Below, one piece after another: positions 54,658 to 64,000 of a stretch of 64,000 nucleotides of DNA. The first letter of the stretch is position 1, and each line of letters starts with the position of its first letter. The notes under the pieces are model-generated. The model was not told the DNA's origin, did no database searches, and saw only the letters and a list, made by a program, of their open reading frames with translations. Source of the DNA: Desulfomonilia bacterium. GTDB taxonomy: Bacteria; Desulfobacterota; Desulfomonilia; UBA1062. The DNA lies in contig CAXXDQ010000008.1 of the NCBI GenBank assembly GCA_963664325.2, positions 128,001 through 192,000 on the forward strand, in the 5' to 3' direction. A program made the position numbers and the translations under genes.

Positions 54658-56163
54658 ATGAAAGAATATGTTGTTGTCATTGACCGCGGAAGCACCAATG
54701 TCAAGGCAGTAGCGTTCGACACGAAGGGAAACGAAGTCTTCACATCAGCCTGCGCAAGCCAGAAGCCTGTTTCCGTAAAGCCGGGCTGGTGGGAGCAGGA
54801 TATGCAGATAATCTGGGAAAACACGGCAAGCGCCATCAAGGGCATTTTCAAGGGCGGCATCCTTCCCGAAGAAATAATCGGCATTTTCGCAGTGGGGCAG
54901 GGCAACGGCATGATGCCTATAGATAAAAACGGAAACCCGTCCCGCATGGGCATACTGTCTTTGGACAGCCGCGCAAAGGGTATTCACGACGGATGGATGA
55001 CGGACGGCCGCTATTCACAGGCCATAGAAAAGCTTGTATTCCCGTTTGTTGTAGGCTCCCCCCTTTCGCTACTTGCCTGGTTCAAAGAGAATGCGCCTCA
55101 AGATTTCAGCGCAATCGATAAGGTCCTCTTTTCAAAAGACTGGATACGCTACAAGCTTAGCGGCACCATCTGCACGGACCCCAGCGATGCAAGCGGCGCA
55201 GGCTTGATTGACCCGAGAAAAAATGCATATGCATGGGACGTTTTCGAACTGCTGGGCCTCTCTGACATAAAGGATAAGCTTCCTGAAATCCGGCCCTCTC
55301 ATGAAGTGGTCGGCCGGGTCACAAAAGAAGCGGCCGTGGCTACAGGCTTGAAAGAAGGCACGCCTGTCATGTGCGGTGCGCATGATATTGCCGCATATCC
55401 GTTCGGGATCGGCTCGATGGACTCGAAAGAGCTTGTAACGGTTGTCGGCACATGGGGTTTCAGTCTTGTTCCGGTTTCGAGCCTGGACGGCATGTTCATG
55501 GCCTATTACCATACTGTCCCCGGCTGTTTCCTCACGGGCATCGGCGACGGCAATTCGGGTGGCTGCCTGGACATCATCATCAACAACCTGTGCGAATACG
55601 AAAAAGAGCAGGCCATCAGAAATGGAGTTTCCGTTTACGAATATATCGAGGATATGATCGAGAACACGAAAAAGACCGGCATACTGTTTCATCCTTTCGT
55701 ATTCGGCAATATCTTCTTCGGTTCAGCCAGCGGCTGCTTTTACGGCATCAGAAACTGGCATACAAAGGCCGATATGATGCGTGCCGTGTATGAAGGCATA
55801 GTAATGGGGTATCATTCGAATATGAAACTGATCCCGAACAGCGCGAATTTCGAATCCATGTGGCTTATAGGCGGCGGCGCAAAAAGCAAAATATTCGGAC
55901 AGATTTTTGCTGATGTCACAGGCCTTCCTGTCAAAGTGCCGAAACCTTACGAGATCACTGCCAGGGGCGGTGCGATGAACGCGCTCGTTGGGCTGGGCGT
56001 TTATAAAAACCATAAGGATGCCTGCATCCCGCCAGAGATCAAAACAGTATATCACCCGAATCCCGAGATGCAGGCCTACTATCAGAAAAAGTCAGCCGCC
56101 TATCAGCAGATATTCGATAACAACATGCAGATATGGGATACGCTGAGCGGGTTGAACGGCTGA
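54658..56163 (+). CDS. FGGY-family carbohydrate kinase (xylulose/L-xylulose kinase-like)
   Basis: IDRGSTNVKA, PGWWEQD, KDWIRYKLSG, GGGAKS. Confidence 0.88.
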   Translation: MKEYVVVIDRGSTNVKAVAFDTKGNEVFTSACASQKPVSVKPGWWEQDMQIIWENTASAIKGIFKGGILPEEIIGIFAVGQGNGMMPIDKNGNPSRMGILSLDSRAKGIHDGWMTDGRYSQAIEKLVFPFVVGSPLSLLAWFKENAPQDFSAIDKVLFSKDWIRYKLSGTICTDPSDASGAGLIDPRKNAYAWDVFELLGLSDIKDKLPEIRPSHEVVGRVTKEAAVATGLKEGTPVMCGAHDIAAYPFGIGSMDSKELVTVVGTWGFSLVPVSSLDGMFMAYYHTVPGCFLTGIGDGNSGGCLDIIINNLCEYEKEQAIRNGVSVYEYIEDMIENTKKTGILFHPFVFGNIFFGSASGCFYGIRNWHTKADMMRAVYEGIVMGYHSNMKLIPNSANFESMWLIGGGAKSKIFGQIFADVTGLPVKVPKPYEITARGGAMNALVGLGVYKNHKDACIPPEIKTVYHPNPEMQAYYQKKSAAYQQIFDNNMQIWDTLSGLNG

Positions 56164-56330
56164 GAAACATCACTATAATAAACTGGATGATATGTTCTGA
56201 TTTTATAGCGTGTTTTATCTTTTCAATTTTTTTCAAGTAAAGTAGTATTTCATAAAACTTGAAAAAATAACGTCAGGGTATATTGACTATTGGTTGGGAA
56301 AAATGAACTTCTTCAATAATTGGAATTAGG

Positions 56331-58112
56331 ATGCCAACACTTGATTGGATTGGTAAAAAGGCAGTTGTAAATCATCATAAGGAAGTTCCGTTTCACTTGC
56401 TAAAGTGCGACCCTGATTTGTCTGTGGGTGACCCGGAAAGTGGGAACCTTCTTGTCCAGGGTGACAACCTTCTCGCCTTGAAAGCCCTGCTTCCCTATTA
56501 TGCCAGGCAGGTGAAATGCATCTATATTGATCCGCCATACAATACTGGCAATGAAAAATGGGTATATAACGATAACGTAAATAGCCCAGAAATTCGGAAA
56601 TGGCTTGGAGAAGTTATTGGTAAGGAAGGTGATACATTAGACCGGCATGATCGGTGGCTTTGCATGATGTATCCGCGCTTGGTTTTGCTGAAAAAATTTT
56701 TACGTGAAGATGGGGCGATATTTATCTCAATTGACGATAATGAAATTGCTTCACTTCGATTCTTGATGAATGAGATATTTGGTTCAAACAATTTCGTTAG
56801 TTCAATTGCATGGCAAAAAATATATACCGTGAAAAATAGTGCACGACATTTTTCGGAAATGCATGACTATTTAATTGTTTATGCTTTGAATAAGAATTTT
56901 TGGGAAAGGAACCTTTTACCTCGAAAATCTGAAACGGAAGAAGATTATTCAAATCCAGACGAAGACCCACGAGGAGACTGGACCAGCAATGCTCTTCAAT
57001 CAAGGAACTTTTATAGTAAGGGGATTTACTCCATCAATTGTCCGGGTGGAAATGTTATAGAAGGACCACCAAAGGGAACATATTGGCGCTTGGAGGAGAG
57101 GAAACTCTGGGAATTGCATAAAGATAACCGCGTTTGGTGGGGAAAGTCTGGCAACAACAGCCCACGAATAAAAAAATTTTTATTAGAAGCAAAAGATGGA
57201 GTAGTACCTTCTACATGGTGGGAACATAAGTTTGCAGGAACAAATTCAGGAGCTAAAACTGAACTCCGCTCAATTCTAGGAGACTTCAAGGAAGACCTTT
57301 TTAATACACCTAAACCCTGGCAGTTAATTCAGAGAATAATTCAAATAGCTACAGATAAAAATTCAATTGTCTTAGACTCTTTTGCCGGTTCTGGGTCAAC
57401 TGCTCATGCAGTTCTGCATCAAAACACCAGAGATAAAGGGAACAGAAAATTCATCCTTGTTGAAATGGACCAAATCGTTTCACAAAGCATTACTGCCTCA
57501 AGAATTAAGAAAATCATAACCGGCTACAATTTTGTAGGCAAAAAACGAGAAGAACTATACAAAGTGAAACTTTCATTAGGAAATCTAAATAAATTATCAA
57601 AATATCTTGAAGAAATAGAGGCCATTGAAAAAGAAAACAAAAATAATTTTACGCGCACAATAAAAGAACTGAATGAATGTGAACTTTCTATTTATGGGGA
57701 GATTGATATCGAAGGGCAAATGCCTGGCTTAGGTGGGGGTGTAAATTTTTGCACTATTGGAGAAACCCTCTTTGACAATACCGGACAAATTTCTAAATCA
57801 GTTTCATTCGGCGATCTTGCCCGGTTTGTTTTCTTCATGGAAACCGGCTCGCCGTTACTATATGAAGTGACAGGTAAATCCCCGTTAATCGGCATCTATA
57901 ATGGCACTGCAATTTATTTACTCTATAATGGCGTTTTAGGCGATAAAACGCCACAGGGGGGCAATGCTCTAACCCGTGCCGTATTTGAAAACTTACCCCC
58001 TAATGCCGGACCTAAAGTAGTATATGGTACAAGTTGCCGGGTTAGCCTTGCCCGATTGAAACAGGAAAATATTATTTTCCGACAGATTCCCTATGAATTG
58101 AGGGTTGATTGA
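56331..58112 (+). CDS. mod: type III restriction-modification methyltransferase Mod
   Basis: MPTLDWIGK, QGDNL, DPPYNTG, DSFAGSGST; AT-rich central TRD. Confidence 0.92.
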   Translation: MPTLDWIGKKAVVNHHKEVPFHLLKCDPDLSVGDPESGNLLVQGDNLLALKALLPYYARQVKCIYIDPPYNTGNEKWVYNDNVNSPEIRKWLGEVIGKEGDTLDRHDRWLCMMYPRLVLLKKFLREDGAIFISIDDNEIASLRFLMNEIFGSNNFVSSIAWQKIYTVKNSARHFSEMHDYLIVYALNKNFWERNLLPRKSETEEDYSNPDEDPRGDWTSNALQSRNFYSKGIYSINCPGGNVIEGPPKGTYWRLEERKLWELHKDNRVWWGKSGNNSPRIKKFLLEAKDGVVPSTWWEHKFAGTNSGAKTELRSILGDFKEDLFNTPKPWQLIQRIIQIATDKNSIVLDSFAGSGSTAHAVLHQNTRDKGNRKFILVEMDQIVSQSITASRIKKIITGYNFVGKKREELYKVKLSLGNLNKLSKYLEEIEAIEKENKNNFTRTIKELNECELSIYGEIDIEGQMPGLGGGVNFCTIGETLFDNTGQISKSVSFGDLARFVFFMETGSPLLYEVTGKSPLIGIYNGTAIYLLYNGVLGDKTPQGGNALTRAVFENLPPNAGPKVVYGTSCRVSLARLKQENIIFRQIPYELRVD

Positions 58113-60745
58113 TGTTTGCACTCAAAGACTATCAGGAATGGGCCTTGGATGCATTGCGGGAATACTTTCAAGAGTGTTCACGCACTGGTGATGCTAATGT
58201 CTCTTTTTATTTGGTTACGGAAAAGACACTGGGAATAAACGTCCCTTATAATAATGTTAGAGAACTGCCTGGGTTGCCCTACGTCTGTTTGCGGATACCC
58301 ACCGGAGGCGGCAAAACAATTGTTGCCTGTCACAGTATCGAGGTTGCGGCGAGGGAACTTGCACAGACTGAAAGCCCAGTTGTTTTGTGGCTTGTACCTT
58401 CCAATGCCATTCTTGAACAGACCATTGCCGCCTTGCGCAACCGAAACCATTCATACCGGCAGGCCGTTGAAACAACAGTTGGCGCGGTAAATGTACTTGA
58501 TGTGGAAGCGGCCTTGTATGTGAAGCGGGCGCAGCTTGAGGGAGAGGTAACCATTATTGTCACCACCATGCAGGCTTTCCGGGTGGAAGATACGGTAGGA
58601 CGGAGAGTATACAGGGATTCCGGTGACTTGATGGATCATTTTACCGGCATCCCGCCAGATGTATCAGACACTCTTGAAAAGGGTGAAGGCGGCAATATCA
58701 TTCATTCCCTTGCCAATGTTTTGAGATTGAGAAGGCCGGTTGTCATTGTTGATGAGGCGCACAACTCCCGGACAACTCTTTCTTTTGAAACTCTAGCCCG
58801 GTTCAATCCATCATGCATCATCGAGTTTACCGCCACGCCTGCCAGAGAAGAACATGCAAGCAACATTTTATACAGTGCATCCGCCGCTGATCTGAAATCC
58901 GCCCAAATGATAAAAATGCCAATCCACCTTTATACAAGGCCGGAATGGAAAGAACTGCTTTCCGATGCCATCAGCTGCCGGAACATACTTGAAGGAAAAG
59001 CGAACCTGGAACGGCAGCAAACAGGTGAATATATACGCCCCATAATGCTTATTCAGGCGCAGGCGCAACGGCAGGGGCAGGAAACCTTGTCCGTGGACGT
59101 TGTTAAACAATGCCTGATAACAGACCACAGAATCCCGGAAGAACAGATTGCCATTGCCACTGGCGCAACCAAGGAACTTGAAGGAATCGACATTCTGAAA
59201 GCCGATGTGCCGATACGTTATGTCATTACCATTCAAGCATTGCGTGAAGGGTGGGACTGCCCCTTTGCCTATGTGCTTTGCAGCGTTGCGGAATCACGTT
59301 CGGCAACGGCCATTGAACAGATATTGGGCCGGGTAATGCGGTTGCCAAGGGCGGCATGGAAGAACAAAGAAGAACTTAACAAGGCTTATGCTTTTGCCAC
59401 GTCTGCGAACTTTTCAGAGGTTGCCAACACCTTGACCGATGCCCTTGTGCAAAGCGGCTTTGAAAGGCAGGAAGCAAAAGACCTGATTATACCCGGCAAA
59501 ATAGAACAGACCGAACTCCCCTTAGACAAAAGTATGCCTTTTATGGGTGTGATAACTGTCACCATGCCTGAAAGGCCGGAGATTGAAAGGCTTTCTGAAG
59601 AAACCCGCAAGAAAGTCACCTTTGATGAAAAGGATAACAAGCTTTCATTCTACGGTGAAATGACCGATGCGGAGCGTGAAGAGATAAAGACTATCTGCAA
59701 CACAAACGAAGGCAAGGCCGGGGTTGACCGTGCGTTTTCTATTTCAATGGGCAAGAACCCTGAAGAGGAAAAGCGCACCCCTTCCGAAAAGAACATATCT
59801 TTTACGGTGCCGATGTTGTCGATAAAACAGGGGAGCCTTTTTGAACAGTTTGAAGAAACCCATTTCCTTGACCACCCCTGGGAACTGGCAAAATGTGACG
59901 CGCTTATTTCAGAGGAAGAATATTCGGCAAAACGGCCTGATGCCCAAAGCGGAGAAATAGACATTAATGAAAACGGCAAGGTAGCTTCAAGATTTGTATC
60001 CAAGCTGCAAAGCCAAATGACCCTTTTTACCAATAATGCAAGCTGGAGCGTTGCCAGCCTTGTTAATTGGCTTGACCGCAATATCCAGCATATCGACATC
60101 TCCCCAGAGGATACCGGCATATTTCTTACTCGGCTCGTCCAGACACTTATCGAACAGCGGGGCATGTCCATTGACCAGCTTGTCCTTGATAAGTACCGCT
60201 TGAAAAGGGCTGTTGAAAAGAAAATCGAACAGCATCGGCAAGATGCTAGAAACAAGACATATCAATTATTGTTGTTCGGGGAAAAGGCGGAAGTGATTGT
60301 TTCCCCGGATATATGTTTTTCATTTGCCGCTGATCCGAGAAAGTATGTCTATTCTAAAGCCTATCGGGGAAGGTATGAGTTTAAGAAACATTATTACCCT
60401 GAAATAGGCGACCTGGAAGAAAAGGGCGAAGAGTTTGAATGCGCCCAATTCATCGACCAAACGGAGGAAGTTGAATTTTGGGTGAGAAACCCAGTCAGGC
60501 GTCCCGGATATTCCTTCTGGCTGCAAACATCGACTGATAAGTTTTATCCTGATTTTGTCTGTAAGTTGAAAGACGGGCGGACTTTGGTTGTTGAGTACAA
60601 GGGCGGCCACCTATGGAACGACGAATCAAAAGAGAAGAAAATTCTTGGTGAATTGTGGGCTGAAAGAAGCAGTGGGTCTTGTCTCTTTGTTATGCCGACG
60701 GATAATAATTATGCTGATATTCGGTTAGCAATTAGCCATGAATGA
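58112..60745 (+). CDS. res: type III restriction endonuclease/helicase Res
   Basis: PTGGGKT, DEAH, LREGWDCP, QILGRVMR, C-terminal PD..VEYKG nuclease; TGATG coupling to mod. Confidence 0.92.
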   Translation: MFALKDYQEWALDALREYFQECSRTGDANVSFYLVTEKTLGINVPYNNVRELPGLPYVCLRIPTGGGKTIVACHSIEVAARELAQTESPVVLWLVPSNAILEQTIAALRNRNHSYRQAVETTVGAVNVLDVEAALYVKRAQLEGEVTIIVTTMQAFRVEDTVGRRVYRDSGDLMDHFTGIPPDVSDTLEKGEGGNIIHSLANVLRLRRPVVIVDEAHNSRTTLSFETLARFNPSCIIEFTATPAREEHASNILYSASAADLKSAQMIKMPIHLYTRPEWKELLSDAISCRNILEGKANLERQQTGEYIRPIMLIQAQAQRQGQETLSVDVVKQCLITDHRIPEEQIAIATGATKELEGIDILKADVPIRYVITIQALREGWDCPFAYVLCSVAESRSATAIEQILGRVMRLPRAAWKNKEELNKAYAFATSANFSEVANTLTDALVQSGFERQEAKDLIIPGKIEQTELPLDKSMPFMGVITVTMPERPEIERLSEETRKKVTFDEKDNKLSFYGEMTDAEREEIKTICNTNEGKAGVDRAFSISMGKNPEEEKRTPSEKNISFTVPMLSIKQGSLFEQFEETHFLDHPWELAKCDALISEEEYSAKRPDAQSGEIDINENGKVASRFVSKLQSQMTLFTNNASWSVASLVNWLDRNIQHIDISPEDTGIFLTRLVQTLIEQRGMSIDQLVLDKYRLKRAVEKKIEQHRQDARNKTYQLLLFGEKAEVIVSPDICFSFAADPRKYVYSKAYRGRYEFKKHYYPEIGDLEEKGEEFECAQFIDQTEEVEFWVRNPVRRPGYSFWLQTSTDKFYPDFVCKLKDGRTLVVEYKGGHLWNDESKEKKILGELWAERSSGSCLFVMPTDNNYADIRLAISHE

Positions 60746-61006
60746 TATTTTTGACAGAAAAACAAACAAATCGTTGTAAATAAAAAAAGAATAAGGGGAC
60801 AACTCCCAAAAATTGACAATATAATGTAAATTTTTGTGGAAAAAGACTGCGGGACGCTCATAAATTAATAACTAATTTTGTAATAAGTTATCAACATTCC
60901 TGATTGTGTGCGCGGCGTCAAATTTCTCTCTGGAAGAAAGGAGATAAATATTTACCCTTATGACGTTTTAGTGCTATAGCTACATAACGTTTAAGGGGGT
61001 GATATT

Positions 61007-61240
61007 ATGGGAACAGCGGCAATGCGCGCGACAGTGTATTTGGATCCGGATTTGCACAAAGCATTACGATTGAAAGCTGTAGAGACCACGCAGTCAATCT
61101 CGAAACTTGTGAATGATGCCATCAAAGAATCCCTTGCCGAGGACGCCGATGATATTGCAGCTTTTGAGGAAAGAGCCAAAGAGCCGTTGATCAGCTATGA
61201 TGCGATGATCAAGAGGCTGAAAAAAGATGGCCGAATATAA
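61007..61240 (+). CDS. CopG/RHH antitoxin
   Basis: RATVYLDPDLHKALRLKA..SISKLVNDA..EDADDIAAF. Confidence 0.85.
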   Translation: MGTAAMRATVYLDPDLHKALRLKAVETTQSISKLVNDAIKESLAEDADDIAAFEERAKEPLISYDAMIKRLKKDGRI

Positions 61241-61484
61241 AATCTATTTTAAAGAATCTGTTGAAAAGGATCTACGTATAATACCAAAGAAAGGCCTGCG
61301 GAAGATCATCCTTCGAATTCAGGCTCTCGCAAGTGACCCGAGGCCACCGGGCCACGAAAAACTCACAGGACAGGAGAGATATCGTATCCGCCAGGGTCAT
61401 TACAGAATATTATATTCCATTCAAGATAAAGAATTGGCTGTTTGGGTAGTAAAGATAGGACATCGAAAAGATATTTGCCGGTGA
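61227..61484 (+). CDS. RelE/ParE toxin
   Basis: PRPPGHEKLTGQERYRIRQG.YRILY..KIGHRKDI. Confidence 0.9.
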   Translation: MAEYKIYFKESVEKDLRIIPKKGLRKIILRIQALASDPRPPGHEKLTGQERYRIRQGHYRILYSIQDKELAVWVVKIGHRKDICR

Positions 61485-61540
61485 ATCGAACGGGTTCAAT
61501 CCAGCCGGTCATAAGGCTCCGGCTGATTTTTTCTTTATCA
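61485..61540 (+). other. degenerate attC site after the TA pair
   Basis: ATCGAAC-6 nt-AATCCAGCCGG (extra C)...CCGGCTGATT-5 nt-TTTATCA (GTT mutated to TTT). Confidence 0.6.
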
Positions 61541-61689
61541 TCTGCAAAAGTTATATTTAATTAAAATATCCGATGTAAAAGTGCATATCCCGGCATGATA
61601 TCCGGACTTTCTGCCGGTGACAGAAGGGACTGTTGTCAGGCCTTATTGAAGTCTTACAACTTAATTTACCAAATCAAGTTGAAGCTGAT

Positions 61690-61747
61690 AAAAACAATGG
61701 CTCCCGATGGTTTTGCTTTAAAGCATGCGCCCGGGGAGCCATTGTTT
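61690..61747 (-). terminator. terminator after the acyl-CoA ligase
   Basis: AAACAATGGCTCCC...GGGAGCCATTGTTT. Confidence 0.6.
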
Positions 61748-61768
61748 GCAATGAGCAGGAAAAGAGCT

Positions 61769-63471
61769 TTAAATCTTCTGCTCGATTATCATCTTCCTGA
61801 GTTCGCGTTTCAGGACCTTTCCGACTCCGCTTACGGGAAGCTGGTCCATGAATATTATCTTTTTCGGGACTTTGTATGCGGCCACATGTTCCTTCAGGTG
61901 GCTCAATATCTTATCGCGCTCGGCATCACTCTTTTCAATGCCGCTTTCAGGACTATGGCGCATGCAACCCTTTCCGAACCGGCCCTTTCAGGGTCCGGGA
62001 CGCCGAATGATGCCGCCATCTCGATATCCGGATGCTCGGTCAGAATGTCATCCAGCTCCCTTGTGAACACCTTGAACCCTGAAACGATTACCATGTCCTT
62101 AAGCCTGTCCACGATGTAGAAATACCCGTCCTCGTCCATCTTCGCTATGTCGCCAGTGAACATCCAGCCGTCCCTCAGGGCGTGCGCCGTCTCTTCAGGC
62201 TTGTTGTAGTATCCGAGCGTGAATACCTGCGGGCCGTTTATGGCGATCTCTCCGGGTTCCCCCACAGGCGCTTCCTTTCCGGTTTCCGGGTCGATCAGCC
62301 TGAATATGGTATCAGGCATCGGCATGCCGATTGAGCCGGGCTTCTTCTTGCCGTAGCGCGGAAGGCAGCATGTGACCGGCGAGGTTTCCGTCATGCCGTA
62401 AAGCTCGACCAGCTTCCCCGGTCCGATTATGGATTCAAATTCCTTTATGTTCTCTGGAGGGAAGGGCTGTGCGGCCGACATGCACCACTTTATGCCCGAG
62501 AAGTCAAGCGCCCTGAATGCTGGCTGTTTCATCAGCTCAAGGTAGATGGTTGTTACATTGACCAGAGCGGTCGGCTTGTACTTTTTAAGGGATTCAACAA
62601 GAAAATGAGTGTCCCTGGGGTTCGGAACCGCTATCTGGGTCATTCCTTTGATCATCGATACCGTTCCTAGTATCAGGCCTGCTATATGGAAAAGAGGGAA
62701 GGCGCAAAGGAAGGTATCGCCGGTCACGATGTCCATCCAGGTGGATATCTGGCTCACGTTGCACATGATGTTCTTCTGGGTGAGCAGGGCTCCTTTTGCA
62801 GGGCCGGTCGTACCGCCCGTGTACATCATGAACATGGGCTTATCCATGCCCTTTTTTTCATCCACGGCATCTGACGGCATGGCCTTCAGTGCGTCGATGA
62901 AGCGTTCAACCTTGACCCCTGCTGCGGGTTTAACTTCCGCCATTGGTATTTTTTTGAGGAGCTTGCCCAGAAAGGCCTTTACCGGCGGGAGGAAGTCGGC
63001 AATGGATGAGACCAGAACGGTCTTTAGCCCGGTCTTGTCCGCAATCTCCCGGATTTTTTCATAAAGTACGTCAACGGTTAAAACTATCTGTGTCCCCGAA
63101 TCTTCTATCTGATGGGTGAGCTCGCTGGCCGTGAGCAGCGGAGAGAGTCCTGTTGAGACGCAGCCCGCTTTCTGGACTGCAATAACCGCAATATAGTGCG
63201 CCGGGATGTTCGGCAGGTGCAGGCCCACAACCATGCCCGGTTTGAGCCCGTTCTTTTTCAGGTAATTAGCGAGCTTGTTTGACAGGTTGTCGAGGTCGCT
63301 GAACGTAAGCGCTCTGCCGAGATAAATAAGGGCGGTCTTGTCCGGGAACTTATGAACCGTTTCCCTGAATAGTTCGCAAAACGTCCTGTTGTCATACGAA
63401 ATGTTCGGCGGTACGTGAGAATCATAATTTTTTACCCATGGCTTTCCCATATAGACATCATTCATTATCAA
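61769..63471 (-). CDS. long-chain fatty acid-CoA ligase (frameshift near 61935)
   Basis: YTGGTTGPAKG, YGMTET, TGDIA, DRLKD, VGKVLKREL. Confidence 0.9.
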
Positions 63472-63633
63472 CCCCTAAAAAAAATTATTTTAAAATTAAT
63501 AATCTAAAGTTTTATTACCGAATGAGGTTCAAAAAAAGAGATGCGGTCAGACAGGTTGGGTGTTTAAGATTTCTAGGTTTATTATATATTAATTTGTTGA
63601 TTTTACAAATTAAAAATATTGAAGAGGATAAGG

Positions 63634-63663
63634 AAAAGGCGGGGATTTTTTAATCCCCGCCTT
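63634..63663 (-). terminator. terminator after the glutamate synthase-like gene
   Basis: AAGGCGGGGATT/AATCCCCGCCTT hairpin. Confidence 0.7.
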
Positions 63664-63678
63664 GCAGGTCAGGTTCTT

Positions 63679-64000
63679 CTATTCTTCCAGGCCGTCGTCT
63701 ACGACAGAGGCAGTAACTTTCTTCGGCTGGATTTTTCTGTAGACATCTTTTGCAGGCTTTTTCTTGCCATCAACGGTCAAGAGCCTTTCGATGCTGATAT
63801 CGAACAGGCTTTCGTTTTCCTTGAGATAAGCTTCGATAAGCTTCCAGTCGGCATCGGTGATCTTCGCGAATTCGCCGCCGTTGAGCTGCTCATCGACGAG
63901 TTTCTTGTGGGGGTCCCTCACATAGATCGCGCCGCCGGATGCGAGCGAAAAGATGTTGGAACCGGGATACGGCGAATCGTATTCCCTGATTGAGCCGTTG
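63679..64000 (-). CDS. C-terminus of a glutamate synthase large-subunit-like (GXGXG domain) protein, cut by window edge
   Basis: PYPGSNIFSLASGGAIYVRDP...QLNGGEF. Confidence 0.65.
   Translation of the reverse strand, partial: NGSIREYDSPYPGSNIFSLASGGAIYVRDPHKKLVDEQLNGGEFAKITDADWKLIEAYLKENESLFDISIERLLTVDGKKKPAKDVYRKIQPKKVTASVVDDGLEE

Overview
64 kb of bacterial chromosome, probably from an anaerobic deltaproteobacterium (Desulfobacterota/Syntrophales-like, inferred from gene content and sigma54 usage). Many conserved genes (eno, typA, plsB, umuC, acyl-CoA ligase and others) carry single-base frameshifts that look like long-read assembly errors. Core content: CoA-activase, dodecin, GPH sugar transporter, tRNA-Glu and tRNA-Gln, a DRG-like GTPase, potABCD, CIRCE-groESL, eno, plsB, typA, DUF362/4Fe-4S genes, ybaK, a nitrogen cluster (NifA-like activator, GS-I, GS-III and glnD, with sigma54 promoters), umuDC, aldolase and FGGY kinase, a type III R-M system and a TA pair. 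The highlight is a ~12 kb island (7774-19812) integrated in the 3' end of tRNA-Glu(CTC), bounded by 52-bp direct repeats. Its backbone resembles a capsid-less phage satellite: integrase, HigBA, wHTH regulator, AlpA/Xis, Rep-like HTH with iteron-like repeats, PC4-type SSB and a TerS-like gene. Next comes a non-coding module with an Xer/dif-like site centred between 12-bp inverted repeats. The cargo is a patchwork of integron cassettes (5 attC sites in alternating orientation, no intI) plus a doubly truncated housekeeping fragment (fdhE'-MBL-fbp'). No CRISPR array or rRNA was seen.
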